Shown here piece after piece: positions 10,223 through 19,244 of a DNA stretch of 64,000 bases; position 1 is the stretch's first letter; each line of letters starts with the position of its first letter. The notes under the pieces were generated by a model that was not told the DNA's origin, made no database searches, and worked only from the letters and a program-made list of their open reading frames with translations. The stretch comes from an uncultured Gammaproteobacteria bacterium (GTDB taxonomy: Bacteria > Pseudomonadota > Gammaproteobacteria > DRLM01). Both the position numbers and the translations under genes were made by a program. Location: NCBI GenBank assembly GCA_963729605.1, contig CAVSNY010000006.1, forward strand, positions 32,001 to 96,000, in the 5' to 3' direction.

Positions 10223-11503
10223 ATGGAAGATATTCCGCTAAGCGTCCTGTTCACCGCGCTGATCGTGATGATGATGCTCTCGGCCTTCTTTTCCGCGTCG
10301 GAAACGGCCATGATGAGCATCAATCGTTACCGTCTGCGCCATCTCGCCAAATCCAAACATCGCGGCGCCATGCTGACCAGCGCCCTCTTGGCGCGCCCCG
10401 ACCGGCTCATCGGCCTCATCCTGCTGGGCAACAACTTCGTCAACATCGCCGCCTCGGCCTTGGCGACCTTGATCGGCCTGCGCCTGATGGGAGAACCCGG
10501 TATCGCGGTAGCCACCGGCCTGCTCACCATCCTCATCCTGATCTTCGGCGAAGTCACGCCGAAGACCCTGGCCGTGTTGCATCCGGAGCGCATCGCGCTG
10601 CCGGTAGCTTATATCCTTACCCCGCTATTAAGGCTGCTGTATCCCATCGTCTGGCTCACCAACGGCATCGCCAATTCGCTGCTGAAGGTGTTCGGCGTAT
10701 CGCCCAAGGAGCCGGCCATGAACCAGCTCAGCCGCGACGAACTGCGCAGCGTGGTCAATGAAGCGGGGGCGCTCATCCCGCGCCGCCATCAACGCATGCT
10801 GCTCAGCATCCTCGATCTGGAAAATGTCACGGTCGAAGACATCATGGTCCCGCGCAACGAGATCATCGGCATCGATATCGACGGCGATCTCGACGATGCC
10901 ATGCGCCTGCTCACCACCAGCCAGCATACCCGGCTGCCGGTCTACCGCGAGAACATCGACAACGTGGTGGGCATCATCCATCTGCGCAACGCCCTGCATC
11001 TGGTGGCCCAAGGCAAACTCACCCGGGAAGCCTTGAATCAGATCGCCCGCGAAGCCTACTTCGTACCGGAAGGCACGCCCCTCAATACCCAACTCTTGAA
11101 TTTCCAGCGGCAAAAACGCCGCATCGGCCTGGTGGTCGACGAATACGGCGACATCCTCGGCCTGGTGACGCTTGAGGATATCCTCGAAGAAATCGTCGGC
11201 GAATTCACCTCCGACGCCGCGGCCACCGTGCGCGAAGTCCACCCGCAGGATGACGGCAGTTTTCTGATCGACGGCAGCGCCAATATCCGCGAATTGAATA
11301 GGCTGATGGAATGGCAGTTGCCGACCGACGGTCCGAAAACCTTCAACGGCCTCATCATCGAACACTTGGAATCGATCCCCGAAACGGGCACCAGCATCAT
11401 GATCGCGGGCTACCCCATCGAGGTCGTCCAAACCAGCGCCAGCACGATCAAGACCGCGAAAATTTATCCCGCGTTACGCCGCGTCACATCGGAAGAGCAA
11501 TAG
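10223..11503 (+). CDS. yfjD: HlyC/CorC family CNNM-CBS transporter
   Basis: FFSASETA, ILLGNN, GEVTPK, CBS pair (HTRLPVY, VVDEYG), CorC C-terminal domain. Confidence 0.9.
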   Translation: MEDIPLSVLFTALIVMMMLSAFFSASETAMMSINRYRLRHLAKSKHRGAMLTSALLARPDRLIGLILLGNNFVNIAASALATLIGLRLMGEPGIAVATGLLTILILIFGEVTPKTLAVLHPERIALPVAYILTPLLRLLYPIVWLTNGIANSLLKVFGVSPKEPAMNQLSRDELRSVVNEAGALIPRRHQRMLLSILDLENVTVEDIMVPRNEIIGIDIDGDLDDAMRLLTTSQHTRLPVYRENIDNVVGIIHLRNALHLVAQGKLTREALNQIAREAYFVPEGTPLNTQLLNFQRQKRRIGLVVDEYGDILGLVTLEDILEEIVGEFTSDAAATVREVHPQDDGSFLIDGSANIRELNRLMEWQLPTDGPKTFNGLIIEHLESIPETGTSIMIAGYPIEVVQTSASTIKTAKIYPALRRVTSEEQ

Positions 11504-11523
11504 ACCTTAACGGCCGACGCGGA

Positions 11524-12672
11524 TCAACCGGCGGCGCGGAGTACCTTGTCCTTGACGTTTTTCTTCTTGGCAGGCTTGGCCACGGCATCGACCGTCTTTT
11601 TTTCCTTCGGCTCTTTTTCACCCTTCTTGGCCGCGGCCCCGGCTTTCTTCACGTCGTGGGCGTTGACGAAACGATTGCGCCCCGTGTGTTTGGCCTCATA
11701 CAAGGCCTCGTCCGCCGCGACGATCAACATCGACGGTAAAATCCCCTCGCGCGGAATAATGCTCGCCACCCCCATGCTGATGGTGACATAGTCCGCCGCC
11801 GATGAATGCGCGTGGTGAATGCCGAGCTTCTCCACGGCTTGGCGGATTTTCTCGGCGACGATCTCGGCGCCGTCGGGATCGGTATCGGGCAGAATGATCG
11901 CGAATTCTTCGCCGCCGTAACGCGCCGCCAAATCGCCGGGGCGATTGGTGCCCTGATCGATGGCTTGCGCCACGCGCCGCAGCACGTCGTCGCCGCCCTG
12001 GTGTCCGTAGTTATCGTTATAGGTTTTGAAGTGGTCGATATCTATCAGTATGAGCGACACCACCTTGTTACCGCGCGCCGCGCGCATCCATTCTTGATCC
12101 AGATATTCATCGAAACGGCGGCGATTGGCGATGCCGGTCAAGCCGTCGAGGCTGGTCAATCTCTGCAATTCCTTATTGGTCTTCTCCAGTTCGATCTGCA
12201 TATCGTGCAAGGCCCGATAGGCCTCGTCGCGCTGCAACTGGGCCAGATAACTGCGGGTATGGGCGCGCACCCGGGCGATCAATTCGATCTTGTCGGGGAT
12301 TTTGACCAGATAATCGCTGGCCTGCAGCTCGAAGGCCTCGCTTTTGATCTTGGGGTCTTCCTTGGAAGACATCACGATGATCGGGATATTTTTGGTCTCG
12401 GGATTGGCGCGGAAGAAACGCAACAACATCATGCCGTCGATGTCGGGCATGACCAAATCCTGCAGGATCACGGTGGGCTGGAATTCCACCGCCTCGGCGA
12501 TGGCCCGCGCCGGATCGGTGCAGTAGTGATATTCGAGGTTTTCCTCGGTCACCAGCATGCGCCGGATCGCCTCGGCGACGATAGGCTGATCGTCCACCAA
12601 CAGTACCCGGGTCATGGTGAACGACGCCTCGTTGGGGGCATCGTCATTCTGGATGATTTTATCCTTGCTCAT
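11524..12672 (-). CDS. wspR: WspR-type response-regulator diguanylate cyclase
   Basis: REC (LVDDQ, VILQDLVMP, YLVKIP), coiled coil, GGEEF active site with RPGD I-site; last gene of the wsp operon. Confidence 0.9.
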   Translation of the reverse strand: MSKDKIIQNDDAPNEASFTMTRVLLVDDQPIVAEAIRRMLVTEENLEYHYCTDPARAIAEAVEFQPTVILQDLVMPDIDGMMLLRFFRANPETKNIPIIVMSSKEDPKIKSEAFELQASDYLVKIPDKIELIARVRAHTRSYLAQLQRDEAYRALHDMQIELEKTNKELQRLTSLDGLTGIANRRRFDEYLDQEWMRAARGNKVVSLILIDIDHFKTYNDNYGHQGGDDVLRRVAQAIDQGTNRPGDLAARYGGEEFAIILPDTDPDGAEIVAEKIRQAVEKLGIHHAHSSAADYVTISMGVASIIPREGILPSMLIVAADEALYEAKHTGRNRFVNAHDVKKAGAAAKKGEKEPKEKKTVDAVAKPAKKKNVKDKVLRAAG

Positions 12673-13715
12673 AATATGACGCCTCTTTTCCCTTTATCGG
12701 CGGTGCCTGGGAAAACCTTCAACAACGCCTGGGCGATATCGCCCACCGGCAACACTTCCACCGCCGCCTTGAGCTGCACGGCCGTTTTAGGCATGCCGTA
12801 CACCGCGCAGGTCGATTCGTGTTCCGCGATAGTATGATGTCCCCGCTCGCGCAGCCGCAGCAGCCCCATGCCACCGTCGCGCCCCATACCGGTCAGCAGG
12901 ACCCCGACCACTCCGCCCCGCCAATAGTTGGCGACACTTTCAAAAAACACATCCACCGACGGTCGATACACCAAGTCGCGCGGCACCGCGGTATACGTGA
13001 GGCGCAACATATCGGTCAAGACCAGATGATCGTTGGTCCCCGCCAACAGCACGGTGCCGACCGCGGGCCGGTCGCCATCGCGAGCCAGGCGCACCGGGAG
13101 CGCGCATTGCGCGTTCAACCATTCGGCCAATTCACCCGCGAATTGCGCATCGACGTGTTGGATGATCACGACCGCGCCGGGAAAATCGGCGGGCAGTCGC
13201 GACAATATCGTCGCCAAGGCCTTGGGACCGCCGGTAGACGAACCGATGGCGAGCAGTTTTATTCCACTCGATGCGCCGACCACCTTTTCACCGACCGAAC
13301 CGTATGAACGGCGGACCGTGGTAGTCCTGGTCAATTTTTCAATGGTCGATATCTTGGCCAGCAAACCCGCCGCACCCTGCTCGCCTTCCTGGGCGAGTAT
13401 CGGGGTGCGCACCGCATCCAAGGCACCGGCGCCCATGGCCTCGAACACCAGGGACGCGTTGCCGCCGACCGAACTGGTCACCACCAAAATCGGGCACGGG
13501 GTATTGATCATGATTTGCCGGGTGGTTTCCGCGCCGTTCATCACCGGCATGATCAAATCCATCAAGATCAAATCCGGCCGATCCTCGGCGCAACGCTTGA
13601 CCGCCTCAGCGCCGTCGCGCGCGACCCAGGCGACTTGATGCTGACCGGCGCTGTTCACCACCCGCCGCAAACTCTCCACCGCAAGCGTCATGTCGTTGAC
13701 AATGGCTATCCTCAC
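12669..13715 (-). CDS. wspF: Chemotaxis methylesterase CheB/WspF
   Basis: MRIAIVND REC domain; GSSTGGP, QH, YRPSVD and TGMGRDG catalytic motifs. Confidence 0.9.
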   Translation of the reverse strand: MRIAIVNDMTLAVESLRRVVNSAGQHQVAWVARDGAEAVKRCAEDRPDLILMDLIMPVMNGAETTRQIMINTPCPILVVTSSVGGNASLVFEAMGAGALDAVRTPILAQEGEQGAAGLLAKISTIEKLTRTTTVRRSYGSVGEKVVGASSGIKLLAIGSSTGGPKALATILSRLPADFPGAVVIIQHVDAQFAGELAEWLNAQCALPVRLARDGDRPAVGTVLLAGTNDHLVLTDMLRLTYTAVPRDLVYRPSVDVFFESVANYWRGGVVGVLLTGMGRDGGMGLLRLRERGHHTIAEHESTCAVYGMPKTAVQLKAAVEVLPVGDIAQALLKVFPGTADKGKRGVIL

Positions 13716-16669
13716 GCCGCTACACCTATCAAATCGATTACTGCTTCCCTGAGCGTTTCATCGTGAAAACTGCCCTTGGTCAGGTAATAATTGGCGCCTG
13801 CCTCCAGGCCGCGATAACGGTCCTCTTCGCGATCCTTGTAAGAAACGATCATCACCGGCATATCTCTATATTTGTCGTCCTGACGGATCATTCTCACCAA
13901 CTCAATACCGTCCATCCGCGGCATATCGATATCGCTGATCACCAGATCGTAGTTCCCTTCGCGCAAGGCATTCCAGCCGTCCATGCCGTCCACCGCCACG
14001 TCCACCAAATAACCCGACGCGGTCAGCAATTTGCGCTCTACCTCGCGCACCGTGATCGAATCGTCGACGACCAGAATCCGCTTCTTCTTGACCTGTTCGT
14101 CTTTCTGTTGAGGATCGCCGACCCGGTTGAGACGGCCGACGGTTACGATCTTTTCTATCGAGCGCAACATGTCATCGACATCGACCACCAGCAACGGCGC
14201 GCCGTTCTCCATCAAGGCGGCCGAACTGATATCTTTAATTTTCCCCAATTGCGGCGGCAGGACATGCACGACCAAATCCCGTTCGCCGAGAAACTTATCC
14301 ACCACCAGCCCATAGGAATTCTTGCGTTCGCCCAGCACCACGACCGGCAATTCGTCGCGTTGCGAGTTCACTTCATTAAAACCGAAGACCTGGTACGCCG
14401 ACACCAGGCCGACGTGATGGTCTTCAACGCTGATGTATTGATGGCCTTCGACCTCGCGCAGCGATTGTTTGGGAACATGCATGATCCGTTCGATGCGCGC
14501 CAGGGGAAAGGCATAAGGTTCATCGGCGATTTCCACCAATAGTGCCGGCAACACCGACAGCGTCAAGGGCAATTGCAATTGGAAACGGGTACCGCTGCCC
14601 AATTGCGAGGTGGCGCGCACCATGCCACGCATTTCCTGAACCACATCGTGGACCACGTCCAAGCCGACTCCGCGACCGGATATTTCCGTCACTTCATCCT
14701 TGGTACTGAAACTCGGCAGGAATAAAAATTCCATCAGCTCCGCTTCACTGAGGTTGGCCGACATCTCCTCGGTGACCAGTTTGCGCTCGACCACTTTTTT
14801 GCGGAGCCGCTCGGTATCCACACCGCGCCCATCGTCTTCCACCACCACCGAAAGCATGCCCGATTGATGATAGGCCGAGAGCCGAATGGTGCCGCGCGCC
14901 GGTTTGCCGGCCGCTTCGCGCTGCTCGGCCGGCTCAATCCCGTGATCCATGGAATTGCGCAGCAGGTGGTTGAGCGGCGCCTCGATCTTCTCGAGGATGT
15001 CGCGATCGACCATGGTCGCCTGGCCGTCGATCTGCAATTGCACTTGTTTTCCGAGCTGGCGGGCCAGATCGCGGATCATGCGCGGGAAACCCTGCACGCC
15101 GTCGCCGAACGGCCGCATCCGGCTGGTTACCACTTCGCGGCGCAAACGGCTCGATAAATTCACGGCGCGGCGGTCATACGACTCCAATTCCGCCAAACGG
15201 TCCGCCAAAATTTGCCGGCACTCCGCCGCCCTGCCTTGTGCGTCCCGCAACATCCGCCTTAATTTATCGCGATCCAGATTTTCATCGAGCTGCTCACGCA
15301 AGCCGTCGAGCAAGGTAACGATTTCAGCCTGGCGGCGTTTCAGCCGCAACATACTTTCCGCGTAAGGCCGCAACCAACGCGCCTCCACCATGGATTCGCC
15401 GGCCAAGCCCATCAAACGATTAAGCTGTTCGGCGCTGATGCGCAGCACCCGATCGGCGGCAAGCGCGGCGACGTTCTTTTCCTTTTCCTTTTCCTTTTTA
15501 ATGGGCTCGATCGGGGCTTGTTTGGATTTAATCTCCTGGATTTTTTGGGCGGCGGGCGCCTCCATCTCGTCACGGTTATCGTCCAGGGTTTTTTCCGTGG
15601 GTAATTCCGAATCCATCACCTGTTTAACGGAGGGGCGGTGTCCCGCCAATACAGCCGACAAGGCTTCCAGCAATTGATTATAGGTCTCCTGCTGCATTTC
15701 GCTGAGCGCGGAATCAGGGTGCTCGGTAAGCTGGCCGATGGCGCACAACATATCGTTCGATTTAAGCAGCACATCGATGTCATCGGGCGATAAACGCAGC
15801 TTTCCACTTTGCGCGGCGACCAGACAATCTTCCATGCGATGGGCGAGGCCCACCGCCAAATTGACACCGACCAACCGCGCCGCGCCTTTAATGGAATGGG
15901 CGGCGCGCATCAAGGGTTCAATTCGCTCCGGGGAAATTGGATCTTCTTCCAATTGCAATAAACCGTCGGTCAAGACCTGGCCTTGTTGATCCACTTCGAG
16001 ACGGAACAACTCCATCATGGAAGGATCGGTCAGACTGCCGACCGAATATATCTCGGCCGGCAAGGCCGCGGGGTGCTCTTCACTGGACGGGGCCGTCGTT
16101 TTACGCGAGGCGGTTTTCTTAACACCCTTCTTCGCCGGCTGGCGGCCCTCCGCTAAAATTTTTTCATCGGCACCGGGTTGGTTAGGCGAATTCATACCGC
16201 CGGATTTCTCCGGCGGCGGGGTGCCCACCGGCTTTTCTTTTGATTTTTTGTCAACCGCGATTACTTCTTCCAGCGCTTTTTCCAGATTCGATAACTCGGT
16301 TTGCCGTATCTGCGGCAACTCCACCGTTTCGTCATGAGTAAGATCGGAAATCAGCGTCAACATATCGACGCCTTTCAAAAGCAAGTCGATATCATCGGCG
16401 GTCAGAGACAGTTTTCCGCCCTGCGCGGCAACCAGACAATCTTCCATCTTATGCGCCAAACCGACCGCATATGACAAACCCACCAAACGCGCCGCGCCTT
16501 TAATCGAGTGCGCCGCTCGCATCAAAGGCTCTATTTTTTCAGAGGATCCCGGATCTTCCTCCAAGCGCAAAAGACCTTCGGTCAATACCGCGGCGTGCTG
16601 TTCAACCTCCAGGCGGAATAACTCGAGCATCGATGCGTCGGCAAGATTCTTCGGCTCTTTTTTGCTCAT
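13712..16669 (-). CDS. wspE: Hybrid CheA-like kinase WspE (two Hpt, HATPase, CheW, REC)
   Basis: RAAHSIKGAAR twice; HLLRNSMDHGIE, DDGRG, SGRGVGLDVV; C-terminal VVDDSITVRE REC. Confidence 0.92.
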   Translation of the reverse strand: MSKKEPKNLADASMLELFRLEVEQHAAVLTEGLLRLEEDPGSSEKIEPLMRAAHSIKGAARLVGLSYAVGLAHKMEDCLVAAQGGKLSLTADDIDLLLKGVDMLTLISDLTHDETVELPQIRQTELSNLEKALEEVIAVDKKSKEKPVGTPPPEKSGGMNSPNQPGADEKILAEGRQPAKKGVKKTASRKTTAPSSEEHPAALPAEIYSVGSLTDPSMMELFRLEVDQQGQVLTDGLLQLEEDPISPERIEPLMRAAHSIKGAARLVGVNLAVGLAHRMEDCLVAAQSGKLRLSPDDIDVLLKSNDMLCAIGQLTEHPDSALSEMQQETYNQLLEALSAVLAGHRPSVKQVMDSELPTEKTLDDNRDEMEAPAAQKIQEIKSKQAPIEPIKKEKEKEKNVAALAADRVLRISAEQLNRLMGLAGESMVEARWLRPYAESMLRLKRRQAEIVTLLDGLREQLDENLDRDKLRRMLRDAQGRAAECRQILADRLAELESYDRRAVNLSSRLRREVVTSRMRPFGDGVQGFPRMIRDLARQLGKQVQLQIDGQATMVDRDILEKIEAPLNHLLRNSMDHGIEPAEQREAAGKPARGTIRLSAYHQSGMLSVVVEDDGRGVDTERLRKKVVERKLVTEEMSANLSEAELMEFLFLPSFSTKDEVTEISGRGVGLDVVHDVVQEMRGMVRATSQLGSGTRFQLQLPLTLSVLPALLVEIADEPYAFPLARIERIMHVPKQSLREVEGHQYISVEDHHVGLVSAYQVFGFNEVNSQRDELPVVVLGERKNSYGLVVDKFLGERDLVVHVLPPQLGKIKDISSAALMENGAPLLVVDVDDMLRSIEKIVTVGRLNRVGDPQQKDEQVKKKRILVVDDSITVREVERKLLTASGYLVDVAVDGMDGWNALREGNYDLVISDIDMPRMDGIELVRMIRQDDKYRDMPVMIVSYKDREEDRYRGLEAGANYYLTKGSFHDETLREAVIDLIGVAA

Positions 16670-17370
16670 GTCATCACCCTCTTGAGGGCGGAGAATAATA
16701 ATTTCTCATCCAGGCAACCGACATGCTTATCTCCGAGATCCAACATGCCTTTCATGTAGTTTGTCGCGCTGTGTTCCGCGGTCGCAGGCACATTCTGCAA
16801 ATCAATAGAACCGTAACGATAGATACCTTTCACCTCGCTGACGGGAAACACGTATCTATTTTCCTTATCCGAGAACACCACCAAACGCGCATAAATCCCC
16901 TGCGTGGCATCGTCGCTGGAAACGGCCCTTTTATCCACGCCCAGCAAACGGCCCAGTGAAACGCACAGCTGTAATTCGCCGCGAATATTGACCAGTCCTT
17001 TGAGGACGCTGCTCTTGGCATGGGGGACGCGATGGACTACGCGCATATCCACCACCTCCTGGAACAGGCGGGCCGGCAGCGCCAGCCACTCTTCGGCGAT
17101 CCGGAACACGACGACCGATAGCGAGTTTTGATCTTTTTTCTTTTTGATCTGCTTAAGCTGCTCGGTCCAGGTTTTTATATATTCCGGATCCGCCGCCCTA
17201 TCCAGGAGCAAACGGCCGCTGCTCGAATAGACCTTGCAATTGGCGCAGTGAATGACTTTATCCAACTCGGGACAACGCGGTTTTTCATTGCCCCACACGC
17301 CGATCCGATTCCAACAATCGTTGATGACGATACCGTCCGCCGGCTTGACGTTTTCCTTGACATTACTCAT
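16666..17370 (-). CDS. wspD: CheW-domain protein WspD
   Basis: N-terminal DCWNRIGVWG..CPEL..HCANC Cys cluster typical of WspD; GLVNIRGEL CheW motif. Confidence 0.87.
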   Translation of the reverse strand: MSNVKENVKPADGIVINDCWNRIGVWGNEKPRCPELDKVIHCANCKVYSSSGRLLLDRAADPEYIKTWTEQLKQIKKKKDQNSLSVVVFRIAEEWLALPARLFQEVVDMRVVHRVPHAKSSVLKGLVNIRGELQLCVSLGRLLGVDKRAVSSDDATQGIYARLVVFSDKENRYVFPVSEVKGIYRYGSIDLQNVPATAEHSATNYMKGMLDLGDKHVGCLDEKLLFSALKRVMT

Positions 17371-17418
17371 GGTCCATTCCTCTATGCATCGCCGCATCTC
17401 TCACGTCATGATTCATCA

Positions 17419-18741
17419 CTATTTATCTTTTTCCATGACGCGAGACGCCCGCGAACGATAAACGGCGGCCGCGGCCCAATTTCCCAGCAATTCAGCCTGC
17501 GTGGCAAGGTGCACCAAGGCCTGGTAGTGGCGAGGATCCAAGTACACCGCTTTGCGAAACAATTCGCCGGCGGAAGAATCTTTTCCCTCCGCCTGTCTAA
17601 TCAAACCCAGTAAATAATAACCCTCCGCGGAAACACTGTTTCTGGCCAAGAACTTTTCACAAAACTCCGCCGCCTCCGTCAATTCGCCTTTATCCGCCAG
17701 CCTTCTCACTTCCTTCAAATCCGCATCGTCATCGTTATGGCTCGGCGATAATCTACCGGGGAAATGGCCCGGCGGCCTGGCGTTGTGGGCCGATCCCGCT
17801 TCCAGCGCCGATGTCTCGCCGGAAAAAACCTTTTTTTCCACGACATGGTTATTAGTCGGTTTTTGCTGAAGCGGCTTGGCGGAGGATTCGCGTTTTTTCA
17901 GCGGAGCACCGGCCGTGTCCGCCGACGGGACGGCTTCGTGATCGGCCGGCGATCTTTTACGGAAGGCGAAGGTTCCCGATTGCTTCATGGATAAGAAGAG
18001 GTCGTTAGGCAGCCTGGCACCCTCGGCATGACCGACGAATAACAAGCCATTTTTCGCCAGCACCCGATGCAATTTATCCACGGCCTCTTCTTGTTGGTCG
18101 CGCCTGAAATAAATCAGGACATTCCTGCAAAAAATCACATCGTACAGCTCCGAACTCGGCAGATATTTCGGGTTCAATAAATTCTCGTGCTGTAAATTAA
18201 CCATCTTTTTAATGGCATCGTTCAGCACGTAACCTTCCTCGGTCTTATTGAAATACCGGGAGCGGTAATTGCCTTCATCGCCCCTAAAAGAATTCGGACC
18301 GTAAACCGCGCGCCGCGCCCGATTAAGCGCGCGAACGCTGATGTCTACCGCATCGACCCGCACCGTCTCGGCGCTGAACCCCATGTCTTTTAACGCCATG
18401 GCAATCGAATAAGGTTCCTCGCCGGTCGCGCAAGGGATGCTTAATATTCTCAACACTTTTTCACGGGACGGAGGAAACCATTCGCGGCGCACCACTTCGG
18501 TCAACAAGCGAAAGGGATCCCGATCCCTGAAAAACCAGGTTTCCGGTACCGTGACGGCGTCGATCAATTCTTGGAGCTCAACCGGATCTTTTTTGACCTT
18601 GGCGAAATAATCCTCGGCCCGCTCCACGCCCACTTCATCCATGCGCTGGCGAACGATCCTCTGCACGGTGTTGTTGCCGATGGACTCGCTGTCGAGGCCC
18701 ATCGCTTCCAACAGAAGATTTTCTATAGCGCTGATATTCAT
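17419..18741 (-). CDS. wspC: CheR methyltransferase with C-terminal TPR, WspC
   Basis: VTVPETWFFRD, PCATGEEPYS, IFCRNVLIYF, TPR YYLLGL..RKAVYLDP. Confidence 0.9.
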   Translation of the reverse strand: MNISAIENLLLEAMGLDSESIGNNTVQRIVRQRMDEVGVERAEDYFAKVKKDPVELQELIDAVTVPETWFFRDRDPFRLLTEVVRREWFPPSREKVLRILSIPCATGEEPYSIAMALKDMGFSAETVRVDAVDISVRALNRARRAVYGPNSFRGDEGNYRSRYFNKTEEGYVLNDAIKKMVNLQHENLLNPKYLPSSELYDVIFCRNVLIYFRRDQQEEAVDKLHRVLAKNGLLFVGHAEGARLPNDLFLSMKQSGTFAFRKRSPADHEAVPSADTAGAPLKKRESSAKPLQQKPTNNHVVEKKVFSGETSALEAGSAHNARPPGHFPGRLSPSHNDDDADLKEVRRLADKGELTEAAEFCEKFLARNSVSAEGYYLLGLIRQAEGKDSSAGELFRKAVYLDPRHYQALVHLATQAELLGNWAAAAVYRSRASRVMEKDK

Positions 18742-19220
18742 CGCCCGGCCTCGGCCTGTATTTTTTCGTCTTCCAAGGGACTGAATAAGCTATCCCGCAA
18801 GTCGGCTGGCAAGAGTTTATCGAGGCGGATGCACTGAACCATGCCTTTTTCATCCATGGCCAATTCGCCGAGAAATTCGGCGCTCTGCGCCCCACGTCCC
18901 GAAGAGATGAAAGAGGATCGAGCGAATTTCGCGGTTTCCGTCACATGTTCGGCCAGCAGGCCCAGCATGTGCTGGCCGCCGCCGCCGTAGGGATAGTCAA
19001 CCACGATGATGCGGGTGCTGAGATGACGCCGCACCGTGTCGCCGCTGATCATTTTCGAGACATCGATGACCGGAACCGCCACACTGCGGTAATTGAACAA
19101 TCCCGCCACGTAATCGGGCGTTTTCGGCAGGCGTTTTAGATTAACGTGCGGTATGACTTCGATGACGTGCCTGACGTCCAACCCGAAGCGATCTTCCCCG
19201 ACGGTGAAGAGAAGCAACAT
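18738..19220 (-). CDS. wspB: CheW-domain protein WspB
   Basis: VAGLFNYRS..VPVID, STRIIVVDY, LGLLAE. Confidence 0.87.
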   Translation of the reverse strand: MLLLFTVGEDRFGLDVRHVIEVIPHVNLKRLPKTPDYVAGLFNYRSVAVPVIDVSKMISGDTVRRHLSTRIIVVDYPYGGGGQHMLGLLAEHVTETAKFARSSFISSGRGAQSAEFLGELAMDEKGMVQCIRLDKLLPADLRDSLFSPLEDEKIQAEAGR

Positions 19221-19244
19221 GATATTTACCTCGCAGCGGCGACA

